64,000 nt of DNA from the human T2T-CHM13v2.0 reference genome, Homo sapiens (GCF_009914755.1 NC_060944.1), one strand, 5' to 3'; shown: positions 1-13,319, numbered from the stretch's first letter. Notes: generated by a model not told the origin, from the sequence alone. Program-made: numbers and translations.

Positions 1-510
1 GGACAAAGCACTTAAAACCACACAGTGTAAGGGACTACAGTCCCTTAGGAGCTGCTTTTGCAATAATTTACCTGAAAACTGGTATGAAAATGAGTCATGA
101 ATTGGACACTTGATGTCAGATTTTTTGAATAATTTTAGTTATAAAGCAACCTCACACACCACAAACGCATTTTTATATCTGATTATTTAGATGATTCCCC
201 CAACAACCCTGGGAGGTGGCAAGATAGGATCATGCTTCTCCTTGCAAAGCTGAGACGATGGGGACTTGGCAAGGCTGAGAGACTCTCTGGAGGTTGACAG
301 CTGAGAGGTCAGAGCACCAGACCTGGGGGTCCCACAGCCCAGCTCCCAGTGTGGAGGGTCCTGCTGTGCCCACTGCCACCAAAAACACAGCTTCGCCCAG
401 CATCATGCAGTATCTGCCACACAGCGTCTGTCTGCCACATGGCATCTGCCACCTGAACTATCTCCAGGCACCTCTGCAGTTACAGCAACAGGTAGGTTGA
501 GGGCATTCAA

Positions 511-827
511 TTTGTTTTTTGTTTTTGTTTTCGTTTTTGTTTTTTTGAGACGGAGTCTCACTGTCACCCAGGCTGGAGTACAGTGGCGCAATCTCAGCTC
601 ACTGCAGGCTCCGTCCCCCAGGGTTCATGCCATTCTCCTGCCTCAGCCTCCCAAGTAGCTGGGACTACAGGCGCCCGCCACCTCGCCCGGCTAATTTTTT
701 TGTATTTTTAGTAGAGACAGGGTTTCACCGTGTTAGCCAGGATGGTCTCGATCTCCTGACCTCATGATCCGCCCACCTCGGCCTCCCAAAGTGCTGGGAT
801 TACAGGTGTGAGCCACCGCGCCCGGCC
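511..827 (-). mobile_element. AluY (AluYe-like)
   Basis: Full-length Alu with a T-rich tail on the left. The reverse complement has GGGCGAGGTGGCGGGC, GGAGCCTGCAG and GACAGTGAGAC. Short TSD tcaatt. Confidence 0.95.
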
Positions 828-982
828 TCAATTGGGTTTTTGACAAAAGACTCCCTACCAAGATTTCACGGGCACAAACTCTCCACACTTCTATCCTGAG
901 AGAAAACCTTCCCACTGTAACTTCTGACTCTCGGTTGTTAATGTGTTTGGCTGTCAGTTCCTAAGGAGCCATGTCCATCGAG

Positions 983-1160
983 CAGGTTGGATGGCGCCAC
1001 CTTGGCAGTTCCTTCCAGCACCCTCCAGGGGCAGTGCGTCCTGCTCATCCTGCAGGTGTTTTTTGAGCAATGCTCAGTGCCAGGCACAGTTCCAGGTGCT
1101 AGGGATGCAGCTGGGCCCCAGTCCCTGCCCCATGGACCTGACACTCCTGACACTGCAATC
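983..1160. repeat. Inverted repeat arm 1 (L2 3' end plus unique flank)
   Basis: Its reverse complement matches 2970-3145. Confidence 0.9.
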
Positions 1161-1559
1161 TGGCTGGGGGAAGCAACTCTTCCAAGGGCTTTTATTCCAA
1201 CACAGCCCATGGCCCACCGCCCCTCAGACTAAAAGAGAAAAAAAAGTGAAATGTCAAGGTTTCTCCAGAAGGAGAGCACAGAAGGAAACACGCAGATTGA
1301 AACGCTGTCCTGGCTGGGGATCGGCAAACATCCCCTCCACCCTTGTCTATGTTCAGCGCTCCACCCCAACCACAGGAGTGTGTGAAAGAGGGTCTTTTCC
1401 ATCTCAGTGTCTGTCTGAGGGGCACAGCGCCCTGGTTTGCTGATTTGGGGGTGTCGGCATGAAGTGGACTCAGTGGAGACTGAGCCAAGTCTTGAGCACA
1501 GATGGCTTCACTCTTGCTGGGAGGTCAGAAGTTTCCGTGATGACCTGTGTCACGTGTGT

Positions 1560-1700
1560 TCATTACACCACGAAATCCATGACCTTCCAGCAAGAACTGA
1601 GGCTTAGACAGGCTGAGAAACTTGTTCAAAGTCACAAACCAGGGTCCCTGGTGGGCTTGGGATTTGAACCCAGAGTGACTGGCCTCAGGGCCCTGACACA
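1560..1700 (-). mobile_element. MIR SINE fragment
   Basis: aactgaggcttag...cttgttcaaagtcac...ggatttgaacccag. Confidence 0.7.
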
Positions 1701-1744
1701 TAACCATGACAATAGTCCCCAGAGTCCTTCCTCTTCTTAGAGCC

Positions 1745-2095
1745 TGTATTAGTCCATTTTCACACTGCTGATAAAGACATACCTGAGACTAATTTATAAA
1801 GAAAAGGAGGTTTAATGAACTCACAGTTCCACATGGCTGGGGGGGGGCCTCACAATCATGGCAGAGGATGAAAGGCATGTCTTACATGGTGGCAGACAAG
1901 AGAGAATGAGAGCAGCAAAAGGGGAAAGCCCTTATAAAACCATCAGATCTTGTGATGGTTTTATCTTATTCACTACCACAAGAACCACCCCCATGATTCA
2001 ATTATCTCCCACCTGGTCCCTCCCACAATTTATGGGAATTACGGGAGCTACAATTCAAGATAAGATTTGAGTGGGGACACAGCCAAACCATATCA
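1745..2095 (-). mobile_element. THE1 (ERVL-MaLR) solo LTR
   Basis: tgtattagtccattttcacactgctgataaagacatacc...cagccaaaccatatca, with a perfect 5-bp TSD gagcc (1740-1744 and 2096-2100). Confidence 0.95.
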
Positions 2096-2419
2096 GAGCC
2101 TGTGGTTCATGGACCCAACCCAAGCATCTCTCCCACAGCCCCACGTTACTTAGGATTAAGTGTAAAGGGGAGACAAGCCAGACATTTGCCATCCTCAGTC
2201 CAAGGAAGCAGAGCAAGCCTCAGTTTTTCTGGAATATCATTTATTGTCAGGACAGAACACAGATGTTTCCATGTCTGAGCAGTCATTTCCCTGCTCCTTC
2301 TGAAAAGAAGCCATTTAATCATCAGAGATGCCCTAGAGGTCCAGTGTAATTGTGGGTTGGTTTAAAAGCGGCTGCTCTGACCTCCAAGGACATCTGCTAA
2401 CATGGTGTGCAGTCACTCA

Positions 2420-2620
2420 CACTCCACGCTGCTGTGTGCTTAAACGCTGCATGAGGATTTATTCATTTGTTCCTCACAATAGTTCCATAATCATCCCCAT
2501 TCATAAACGCAGAAACAGGCCCAGAAAGGCTAATTAAGTTAATGTGTCAGTGATAGAGCTGAGATTTCAACCCAGGAAGCCTGGTGCTGATGGGGTCCAC
2601 ACACTTCACTACACCATGTG
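2420..2620 (-). mobile_element. MIR SINE fragment
   Basis: tcatttgttcctcacaa...atccccatt...gaaacaggcccaga...gagctgagatttcaacccagg. Confidence 0.7.
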
Positions 2621-2969
2621 GCCCTTGAAATGTGTCCCAGGTTCCAACTGCAAGGACATCTTTATGGGGGCAGGGCTTGAAGTCAGTTTTTCCTTGGGTC
2701 CTGCAGTGTCCATCAGGAAGGGTGAGGTTGGCTGTGATTCAGATTTCAGCTTAGCTGCTGTCTTTGCTGGAAGTCACCCCCCAAGACCTGTCTCAAGATC
2801 TCCTCCACCTCCTCCTTCAGGACTCAGGTCAAATGTCCTCCCCTCATTTACTGAGTCCCCACCGGTCGTCGCTCCACCACTTCAGCCTGGTTAAGTTTCT
2901 TTCTAGCACATTTCACTGTCCAAAGTCATCTTGAGTGTCGCTTTGACTTCTTGCTTGTTGCGTGTCTTT

Positions 2970-3145
2970 GACTGCGAGTGTCAGGTCCATGGGGGCAGGA
3001 ACTGGGGCACAGCTGCATCTGCATCCCTAGTACCTGGAACCATGCCTGGCACAAGCATTGTTCAACAAACACCTGCAGGATGAGCGGGAGGCGCTGCCCC
3101 TGGAAGATGCTGGAAGAAACCGCCAAGGCGGCCCCATCCAACCTG
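2970..3145. repeat. Inverted repeat arm 2
   Basis: gagtgtcaggtccatggggg...cctgcaggatgagc...ccatccaacctg is the diverged reverse complement of 983-1160. Confidence 0.9.
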
Positions 3146-3239
3146 TGCACTGAACACAGGAAGCCACAGGAGCAGGGGGCATGAGATGGCCCCTGAGGCT
3201 GTGCTCATGACCACCCGGTGGCACTGCCACACAGGCACG

Positions 3240-3350
3240 CCAACCACTTACCTGTTACGTGACCTTGAGCAAGTTTTTTAACCTGTCTAGGCCTGTTTCC
3301 TCATCTGTAGAATGACGATAGTCATCATAGAGTAACTGTAAGGAATACAT
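3240..3350 (+). mobile_element. MIR SINE fragment
   Basis: gtgaccttgagcaagt...gtttcctcatctgtagaatg. Confidence 0.7.
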
Positions 3351-6300
3351 TTCCTGAGTCCATCCATCCACATATTCATGTAACATAGCATCACGTGAAT
3401 GTGAGTCATGATCGTTCAACTTATTGTCATCGCCCAGGACAAGGACGGCCTGAAATTCTTGAGACTGGTAAGATTTGCAGGCAGAACCTCAAAAGTGGTG
3501 GAGGGAGACCCATCCACACTCATCACAGTCATCACTGGGGCCGGGAGATAAACCACTGAGACCTCTTCAGCCTTGATCTGCCAGCCACAGCTAAGAAGGG
3601 AGCCATGCTCCTGTGTTCTGGTCCCAAGGGACTTTGTTGGGATCCTCCCCATCGCTATTTGATTACACAAGTGACAGACCCCAGTAACTGCCACCTTCCA
3701 GGCCTCTAGCCTCGTCCACATTTCCCTTCATTGTGAGCTCCTTTGCTCCTGTCTTGCTGGATTCTTCATTTCAAACATCCCAGTGCAAGGTCCTCTGGAA
3801 ACCTTGAACTGTGTCTGTTGCCTGCATTCCTTAGAAAGCAACCCAGCACCGGCGAGATCTTCACGTTCTCACTGTTCAGAAGCACTTCAGGGGAGGGGTG
3901 CCGCCGGTGACTCCTGTCTCAATTCTTCCCCAAAGGCCTGGAGATGTAGGAGAGCTCTGGAAATTACACAAGGATTCCACAACAGCAGCACAATAGCCCG
4001 TGATTCGACCAAGATGTCAAAATCAGCATGTAGAGGGTGCGATTGAAAGTGTGGTTGGCACCAGAACATCACTTTTAATTGAGCCTGTGCCTACATTTTT
4101 GCATGCAACATGGAAATTAACAGCAGAGTGATAAAACTTCGAGAAAAACTAATCACCCTTGCTGTCTGCTCCTGCCCGTCCCTTGTTTAACCTGTACTCT
4201 CCTGCCCCCGACTCCCCTTCCCAGAAGGGTCCTGGAGGTTTCTATCACAGGCCAGGCTGCTACATTCACAACACATCCCAGCTCAGCCCAGCCCCTCCAG
4301 GGCTCTGAGAGAGTTGTCTCCCAGGCCCATCTGCTCAGACATAACCCCATGAAAAGAGCTCAGTGTGGCAGCCAGGGCTGTGTTGACTGCAGAAAGGACA
4401 GAAGATGATGGGGTGAGGGTCTGGGCAGTCGGGGGTTCGTGCATTGTGTGGGTCTCACACGTGGCTTCCCTCCAACAAGCCCTCTGCATTCCTGGTCAGA
4501 CGTGGGGAGGAAGGGAGGGAGGGGAGAAAGTGAGGCAGCAGAGCTGGGGAGGGGCCCAGGTTGCAGGGACTTGTGTGCAGGGCACGAGATGTCACTGGGG
4601 GCTTCCTACATGAGACACAGTGAGCCGTCAGGATTCAGGGGGCATGTTCTGAGAGAAGAGCCCAGGGGAATACGGGAAAGAGGCAACATGAGAATCCATC
4701 AGCCACCACCCCAGTCCTTCCCTCCTCTGCCCAGGACCAGAGCTGGGGCCTGGGAGACAGGGCGGGCTTTCTGCAGGAGGGACACCCACCCTGAGAGGAA
4801 CTCAGGCTGTCATAGCTGCACAGACATTGCAAGCCAGGAGCAGTGGTCACACCAGTGGGGCAGGGGCATCGGGAGGGGGTGGAAACAGCAGGTCACCCAC
4901 GGGCTGTAAGCATCTATCTTTGAGGTGACCGAGGGGACCCAAAGCAAGTGACAGAGATGCATGCTCCTCAGCAAGCCTGAGAGGTCTCTGGGGACAGTGG
5001 GTCTGGGGGCAGGAAGCAGCAGGGGGCTCTTACAGGTGCCGCATCGAGATCTGGCCACTTCTACCATGAGCAGCAGGCACTCCCTGGGGATTCCATGTCC
5101 TCAGCCTCTGGTTGAAGGGCTTCCCAGCCTCTCCCTTTCTCTGTTTTGGGGGATTTGGGCGGGTACTGGCATCTCCATCTGTGCACTCCTGACCCCTGAG
5201 TGACGTAAAGTAGGCCCTCCCCTTAGACACATTTCAGTCCTGTCCCACATAGCCCGGGCTCAGGGATGTGGCCCTATCCCGGTGTCTCGGGAGGAAATGG
5301 GGCTTGAATTTCTCATGAGACACCAGACACCCGGTGTCTCACGTGCTGTGTAAGAGGATGCTTGGCGCTGCGACCTCCTTGCAATAACCATCATCTAATA
5401 GGGCCAGGAGAAGTGGAGGAGAAGGTGCCATTAACGGGGTAGCCAGTTGTTCAGAAGCAGCCCCTTCCTGCATGGGAGCACCCCTCAGAGGTGTCCAGGC
5501 AGCTCCAACCAGCAGATAATGGGTGTCCGGAATGTGCAGAGCCAGCCCAGATCTCAGCAGGGATAAGTGATTTGCAAGAAAGAACTTGTTGGATTGAGGA
5601 GCTGCCATGAGTCCCAGCGGCCTGGCATTTTCTCCTGGAGGCTGTTTTTAGAGCCAGACTGGGGGCGGGGCTCCCCCTTGGCCTCTGTGGGCCCCTGCAG
5701 TCTGCACCAGGCTTGGAGTCACCAGGCTGATTTCACGGACATTTACGGAGCCTGCAGGAGACCATAGCTTAGCATGTCCCCTGCTAATTAAAGGACAGTG
5801 GCCAGTTGTTCTCGGTCAGAGTTTACAAAGGATGATTGCTTTGTAATCTGGAGTGTCCCAGGGAGCAGATGGGAGAGCGTCAGATGCCAAAACCTGATGC
5901 CTGACACCTGGCATTCTTTGGAAGTGACCCTTCGAGGAGCATCAGCCATTGTGGGAGAGACGGGTATCAGGGGGCCGCCCTCCTGGCTCTCAGGGGCTCA
6001 GCTCCGCCCACACAGGGCAGGAGGATGATGCCTGAAACTATGCCTGTCCTCACACAAGAGAGATTGGGGTCTTTGCATGGTGGGATGTGAATGCCTGGGG
6101 GTCAGGGGACCCATGTAGGGCTGGAAGAGGGGGTCTTGGCCTCAGGACCAGCCCTGCTTCAGCCAGTGTAGCCATGTGTGGAAGTACCGCCCAGCATTGC
6201 TTGACTTCCCTGGCAGCCAGGACAGCCTGGGTCTGAGTCCCTGCTACAGATAAAAAGAACCAAATCCAACCATTTGTCTCCAGCCATTCTCAGCCTCTGC

Positions 6301-7009
6301 CTCTCTCCCCAGCCCCTCCACCCCTGTGTTCAAGGAAGGCAGAGCCCAGAACCTGTTGTGTGAGGCCTTGGGCTTTCCACGGCCTGATGAGTGCCAGTCT
6401 CTGGGGAGCCCTTTGGGGGACACATTCAGATTCTCACAATTATCTCATACCCAGACTGCAATCTGCCATCCACCAGCAATTTCAGGACTGCGGGGGAGGG
6501 TTCATCAAATTTGCAAGTGTGTTTGTTTCTCTTTTTACCCAACATTCTATCTGTGAGATGCTTTATAATTCACCAGATGTAATATACCTTTGGGATTAAT
6601 ATTCCATGTTAAATCCTTTGAAAGCAATCAACAACTGTAATCCAATTACTATTGGCTGTATCTTTCACGCTATTTTGCCCCAAACCTCAAGCCAAGCTCA
6701 CTATACACATACACACAAACACACACACACACACACACCCCACAGCAGATGCCAATTTTGTGCCTCGTTGCCTCACATAACATGGGAGCATTGAGTAGTG
6801 AACAGCTGATCTGCATGAATTAACGTGGGAGGTCGTGTGGGCCCTGAAGCTTTCACACTTACAAACCGGTGTCAGGATGGGTTGTCATAGAGATCAGGTG
6901 GGAGGACACTAGGGTTCCCCCCAAGACTCTGGGCCTCCTCTGATGAGCAGGTCACATGGGGATCTGGGGGGAGGCACAGGCACGAACTGCATATTAAATA
7001 CACCTGACT

Positions 7010-7515
7010 CACTGTGTCTGTGAGTGTGTGGGCGTGTGTGGGTGTGGGAGAGTGCATATAGGAGTGAGCATGTGTGTGAGTGTACATGTAAGTGTCTGTA
7101 TGACTGTGTGTAGTATGTGTGTGCAAGAGTATATGTATGAGGGTGTCTGCGTGTGTCAGTGTGTGTGCAAGAGTGTGTCAGTATAAGAGCATATGTATGT
7201 ATGCAGGGGCATGTGTGTATATGTAAGCGTATATCTGTGTGTGAGCGTGTGTATGCATGAGTGTGTGGGCATGTGTATGAGTGTATGTATGAGTGTGTCT
7301 ATGTGTGTGAGCATGTGTCTATGAGTGTGTCTGTGTATGTATGAGTATGCATATTTGCATGGGCATGTGTACATATGCATGTGCATGTGTGTGAGTGTGT
7401 ACACATATGAGAATGCCTGTGTGAGTGCATGTATGCATGTGTGTGGTGTGCATGGGGGCATGTGTATGTATGTGTGTGCCTATGTGTAAGGATGTTCGTT
7501 TGCATGCACATGTGT
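7010..7515. repeat. Degenerate (TG/TATG)n low-complexity repeat
   Basis: Alternating purine-pyrimidine tract. Its shorter paralog is at 40750-41015. Confidence 0.9.
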
Positions 7516-10059
7516 CCAGGTCCTACATGGGATGAAAACTGAATGGCTCTAAAGATCTGCTGGACACATTTCAGATCCTAACAGAGCTCTTAAGCTCCAA
7601 GGGGTCACTGAATGGACGGACAATGAGGGTTTCTGAGTCTAGGCAGCGCTGACTCAGCAATGCAGGAAGGCAGCTCTTGGAGCTTCACAAATAACCCCCC
7701 CACCCCCTTTCTCTCCCTCACAGTCACAGACCCCTCCCCACGTCCCTTCCTCTCCCTCTCTCTGTTTGCCTTCCATGCGTCTCCCCTTCCTGGTCTCATT
7801 TCTCGCACATTCATCACCTCTTCGTCCTGCGGTGTAATTCCCCTCCACTCCTCAGCGTGGACTGTGGGATGAGACAGCCGCAGCCTTGCAACCTGGCCGC
7901 GGAAAATGCTTGACACTGGTTTGTACCCATTTCTCAGTCTTGGGAGCCCACCCCAACTCAGGGAAAATATTCACGTGCATACATACATTTGGACATAATA
8001 CATGAATCATATACAAGGAATGTTCAAACAGGCCGCAATCAAGCCCTCCATCCAGTGTTTAGTTTTGGTTTCCCCCAAAGCAGACCCTGAGGCAAGCTTT
8101 CAAGTTCAAGTAGTTTATCTGGGAGGTCATCACAAGCAATACCAGTTGGGGTGCGGGGCAGGGAGGTCAGCAAGGTGGAAGCCAATATGGCATTCTGCCT
8201 TCTCTGGGAAATGGCCCAGGCATGGTCTGCAAGCCCATAGAGCCTGGCCTTGCAGTGCCAGCCAGGAGATGGGCCTGGGGCAGGGGCGGCCATGCCTACC
8301 ACAAGCAAGTTACCAATGTGGTAAACAAAGCACAGCCTTTCAGGGCCCTACAGCATAGAACACGTACCTCAGAGGTATCGATCTAAGGGCCACAGGGGCT
8401 GGGGCCCACCCCCAACTCCATCAGGCGCTGCTATGGGATCCCCTGGAAGCATTAATTTCCCAGCACCTCCGTCTCTCCCATGCAGCCCCGACCCTGGCAG
8501 CAGGAGACACAGGTGCTGGCAGCCCAAGTTGGGGGGCAGGAGCACAGCAGGGGAAGGGCCAGGGGACAGGGGGACCTCGACAGGGTCTGCCACATGTCTC
8601 AGCTCAACTGAGGGAGACCCCCTCTCTGGGGAAACCTCGCTGTTGCTCACTTCCTGCCTTGGACCCGTCCCCACCCACCAGCAACTCTGGACTTTCCCAC
8701 AAATGGCTCGGGCTCCATTTCCCAGGGGTAAGTCTGGGTTCCTCAGCCCTTGAGCACAGATCTATGCCAGCACTGTCCTTGCACGAGGGCACATCAGGGA
8801 TCAAGAGAAAAGGCTCCTTCCCTTGGCAAGGCAGACATAACAGTAGGGCAGGCAGGCGAGAGGCAGAGAAATCCAAAATCACGAAGGTAACGTCAGATGG
8901 TGACCAGCTATGAACAGGGTAGAGCAGGCACGTGGGATAAACAGAGTGACAGTGGACGCCAGAGCAGGTTGACCAGGGAGGAAATGAGGGGAGAGGCCCG
9001 GGGAGCTGTCCACGTACCAGTCGTGGTAAAATGTCACCGGACCTCTAATCTGCCATCTTGCTCTCTTCGCCTTTGTTTTTCAGGCTTTACAATCTCATCC
9101 CCAAAATAACAGAGCACAGACCTGCCCGGCCCCCAGGTGATTTTTCTTGGTGTTACCCTAAGGCCGTGAGACAGAGATTCTCTTAACGTTTTTAGTGCGG
9201 CCCCTTGCATGAAACCCGTTGCAAACTGCCACCCAGCACACACACGCACATCCATTTACACAGAAATGCAGCATGTTTCCCCAAACGGCACTCACCCCCG
9301 CTGCACACAATGCGCTGATGTCTCCTGACCTAGTCTGTTCTGGTCTATTGCAGATTTTCAATGCCGGGCTCGACACTCTAAATTGATTTCAAGACCCGCT
9401 AATGCGTCACAGCCTGCGATTTGATAAACTCCACGCTAAGACACATCCCGTTGTGAGGTGTTCGACCCAGAGGCCATTTATCCTGCAGTGAGCCGGGTGG
9501 GGGGGGCAGGATTCACCCTGAGGCGCGTCTCCTCCTTCTCAGTCGGGCTGGGAGGAGGGGGCTCTGTGCCATGGGACCCGCAGAGGTCCCGGTCTCAGAG
9601 TTCGTGCCCTGTAGCTGCTGTGTGTCCAGCAGCTGGCAGGGCGGGTGGGTTGGGGGTGGGGGTGTCACTCCCACAGACACACAGCACAGGGCAGAACCCT
9701 GGCTGGAAGCCGCTCAGCCCTGGGACCTCCCGAGCCCACCTGGGATCAGGCCCTGGGGAACAGCTATGGGGGACAGGGACTCCCAGTGCACAGAACAGGC
9801 CATGAGCTGGACAAGCTGCTCCTTCTCATAATGTCAGACCCTTCTGCTGACCCACCTAGGACCGGGAGCTTGCAGACAATCCTGGGCCCAGAGAAGCAGG
9901 CAGATGTGGCTGTTGGTAGCACTAATATGGGTTGTGAATATCACCTGGTAGTTATTATTACTTTACTTACTTTACCCCAGCCACTTGATCCTGCACACAT
10001 CCCCTCACTTCATGCTCTGGATGAAGTTGGGGACCCCTGGATGAGACCACACCATGGGC

Positions 10060-10430
10060 CTGAAAGTCACGGGAGGAATTATATTAGATGTGGTGGTCTT
10101 GGAGGGCTGCTAGGAGGAGGAGAAATGTGTAGAGAGCTGGATGGACTGAGTGATGAGCAATACACATTTCTAGAGGAAGAGAGTGCAGGCAGAGAAAACA
10201 GCAAGTGCAGAGTCCCTGCGCTGGGAAAGGTCAGTGTGACCACAGTGGAGTGACAGAGAGGGAGGAGAGGAGGTCTGAGAGCTACCTGAGGCCCAGATCA
10301 TGTGGGGCTCTCCAGGCCACAGCCAGGAGTGTGGATCTGCTTCTGAGTGAGGGAAGAAGCCATTGGAAGGTTCAGGGCAGTGAGCCGAGATGTGAGTGAC
10401 ATGATCTGATTTGCATCTGCCTCCGTCATG
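10060..10430 (-). mobile_element. L2 LINE fragment
   Basis: gcaggcagagaaaacagcaagtgcagagtccctg...ggcccagatcatgtggggc...agccattggaagg...gacatgatctgatttgc. Confidence 0.7.
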
Positions 10431-10669
10431 ACTTTCGAAATAGCTGCATCTCATCTATATTCTGATCTAGTCAAAATTTATCTCTAAATCAGTTACATTT
10501 TTAGAATTTTTTAAAGGAACTTTGATATTCCACTACTGCAAATGAAAAATCAGTATCACTTCCATGAATAGAAGAGTATCCATGAAAACACACAACAAAA
10601 ACAGAGCCGTGTTATTACTTTCTAGCCAGAGGCTGCTAAAGACGATGCACCTGAAACCTGTGCTCCCTT

Positions 10670-11345
10670 TGTAACCACCCAAGGGGTTCACCTTGCCCAC
10701 TGCCTAGACTGAGCCGACTTATCAAGACAGGGGAAATTGCAATGGAGAAAGTAACCCATGCAGAGCCGGCTGTGCGGGAGACTGGAGCTTTATTGTTACT
10801 CAAATCAGTCTCCCTGAGCATTCGGGGATCAGAGTTCTTAAAGATAATTTGGTAAGTAGGCGCTCAGAAAGTGGGGAGAGCTGATTGGTCAGGTTGGAGA
10901 TGGAATCATGGGGGTAGAAGTGAGGTTTTCATGCTGTCTTCTGTTCCTGGGTGGGACGGCGGAACTGGTTGAGGCAGATGACCGGTCTGGGTGGTGTCAG
11001 CTGATCCATCAAGTGCAGGGGCTGCAAAATATCTCAAGCGCTGATCTTAGGTTTTACAACAGTGATGTTATTCCCAGGAGCAATTTGGGGAGGTTCAGAC
11101 TCTTGCAGCCAGAGGCTGTAATTTGTTAGTCCTGCAAAGGCAGACGGCTCCCCAGGCAAGAAAAGGCTATAACCAATTTTGTTTGAGTCAAATCATGAAC
11201 TGAATTCTTTCTCAAAGTTAGTTTGGCCTGTGCCCAGCAAGGAACAAGGGCAGTTTAAAGGTTAGAAGCAAGATAGAGTCAGTTAGGTGTGATGTCTTTG
11301 ACTGTCATAATTTCCTCAGTTATAATTTGTGTGAAGGCAGTTTCA
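10670..11345 (-). mobile_element. ERV1 solo LTR (LTR8-like)
   Basis: TG...CA termini (tgtaaccaccc...gaaggcagtttca). The reverse complement starts TGAAACTGCCTT...AATTATAACTGAGGAAATTATGACAGT. 4-bp TSD cctt. Confidence 0.85.
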
Positions 11346-11433
11346 CCTTTGTCTCTCTCAAGCAGTAGAGAGGTATTGAAGTCACATGAGCATTGAACTG
11401 AAACTATCTCCATGACTATCTCAGAGAGACTGA

Positions 11434-11907
<474 letters not shown>

Positions 11908-12179
11908 TGATATTTAAGGTCCTCAAGGGAACAAAATCATAAGATTTTTATCTTTTCCTCCTCAAACACATGGTGGTAAATGCTTCATAGATATTCATCT
12001 CTACCCTTTACCTTCAGAAGCCATGGGGATGTTGCTTTGGTTTTGGTTTTGGGTTTTGCTGGAGCGTTTGGGTGTTTATCTTTTGCATAGTTGTTTAGGA
12101 GATAACCATGGGCTACAGGAGAAGGAGAGACGTTTTTGCACTACTTTTCTTTCCCCTGACCATCCTGATGGGCATAATT

Positions 12180-12800
12180 GCTACTGCACCAGCCTCATCC
12201 TTTCTCCCGGGTCCACTCCTGCCCTTTCCAGCCTGTTGTCCATGTGGCAGCCAGAGAGCTCATTGTGGAGTGTGAAGGTCACAGTGCCCCCTGCTCAGAC
12301 ATCTATGATGCTCATGACATTGCACGAAACCCTCCTTCCTCATCATGGCACTCAAGACTGCTCCCTGCCAGCCTCTCTGTCCTGCTCCAACCTCAGGGCA
12401 CCCCAAACAGACCTTCTCTCTGACCTTTGAACTTGCTGAACCCTTTTCCACCTCAGGGCGTTTGCACTGTCTCTTCCCTCTGCCAGGAACACTGCCCCAG
12501 AGTTTTACACAGCTGTCTTTTTCTGATCCTCCAGGCCTCAAATGCCACCTCTTCAGAGAGATCCTCCTGGTCACTTCATTAATGTGGCCCCCAGCTGAGT
12601 CACTGTCAGCCCCAGGCTCCATTTATCTCCTTTACAGCACCTACCGCTGCAGGTCAGAGTCTAATTCATCTGCGAGTTTGTGTCTTCACTGTCACCCTCC
12701 ACCGGTGCCATGAGATGGGAACACGTCTGTGCCCTGATGAAGCCCAGCACGGGCACCATGCCTGGCACGGAGGAGGCACTTAGGCAGTGCTTCTTACATA
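12180..12800 (+). mobile_element. L2 LINE fragment
   Basis: ggcagccagag...cctcaaatgccacctcttcagagag...atgcctggcacggaggaggcact (L2 3' end). Confidence 0.7.
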
Positions 12801-13319
12801 TGCACCTCAGGGAATGGGGCCAGCGGTGGTCTTTCCAGGTTCTCTACCCTTCCCTCCCCACCCAAATGTGTGACATTCAGAGACAGAGACACTGGAGTCA
12901 TCCTAACTGCTCCCCTCCTGGTCATCAGATCCCAGACCCACAGGACAGGGATGTCTGAGGAGGCCCCTCTGGGAGGTGTTCATGGCTGTGAATCACTGTA
13001 GAAGGGAACGAGCTGGGCAGCTGGTGCCCTTCATCTGGGTCAGAGCCAGGCGGAGATTTGAAGGGAATCCTTTGGCAAAGAGCAAGCAAACCTCCCAGGG
13101 ATGGCGACTTGTCAGATGTCAGCGAGTCTGGAAACCAGCAATCACTCCTAATCCAAGAATCAGCCTGAGGGGGCCTGAAGGGGTCCTGCAGGCCTTCATG
13201 TCACCTTCTGCAGACCCCATGTTGAAACCCCATGTTGAAACCAGCCTCGACGCCAGGAATCTCTCATTAGGTATAAATGTCGTCTTAAAAGATTCCTTCA
13301 CTTCTTCCACCACCCATCC

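Noticed and set aside
5339-5608. Similar minus-strand ORFs in both copies (YLLVGAAWTPLR...DGYC; 39026-39373)
   Set aside because: The similarity is explained by the DNA duplication. Starts and stops differ and no domain is recognisable.
6872-7511. His/Thr-rich ORFs (also 40610-41072)
   Set aside because: They are translations of degenerate (CA)n repeats.
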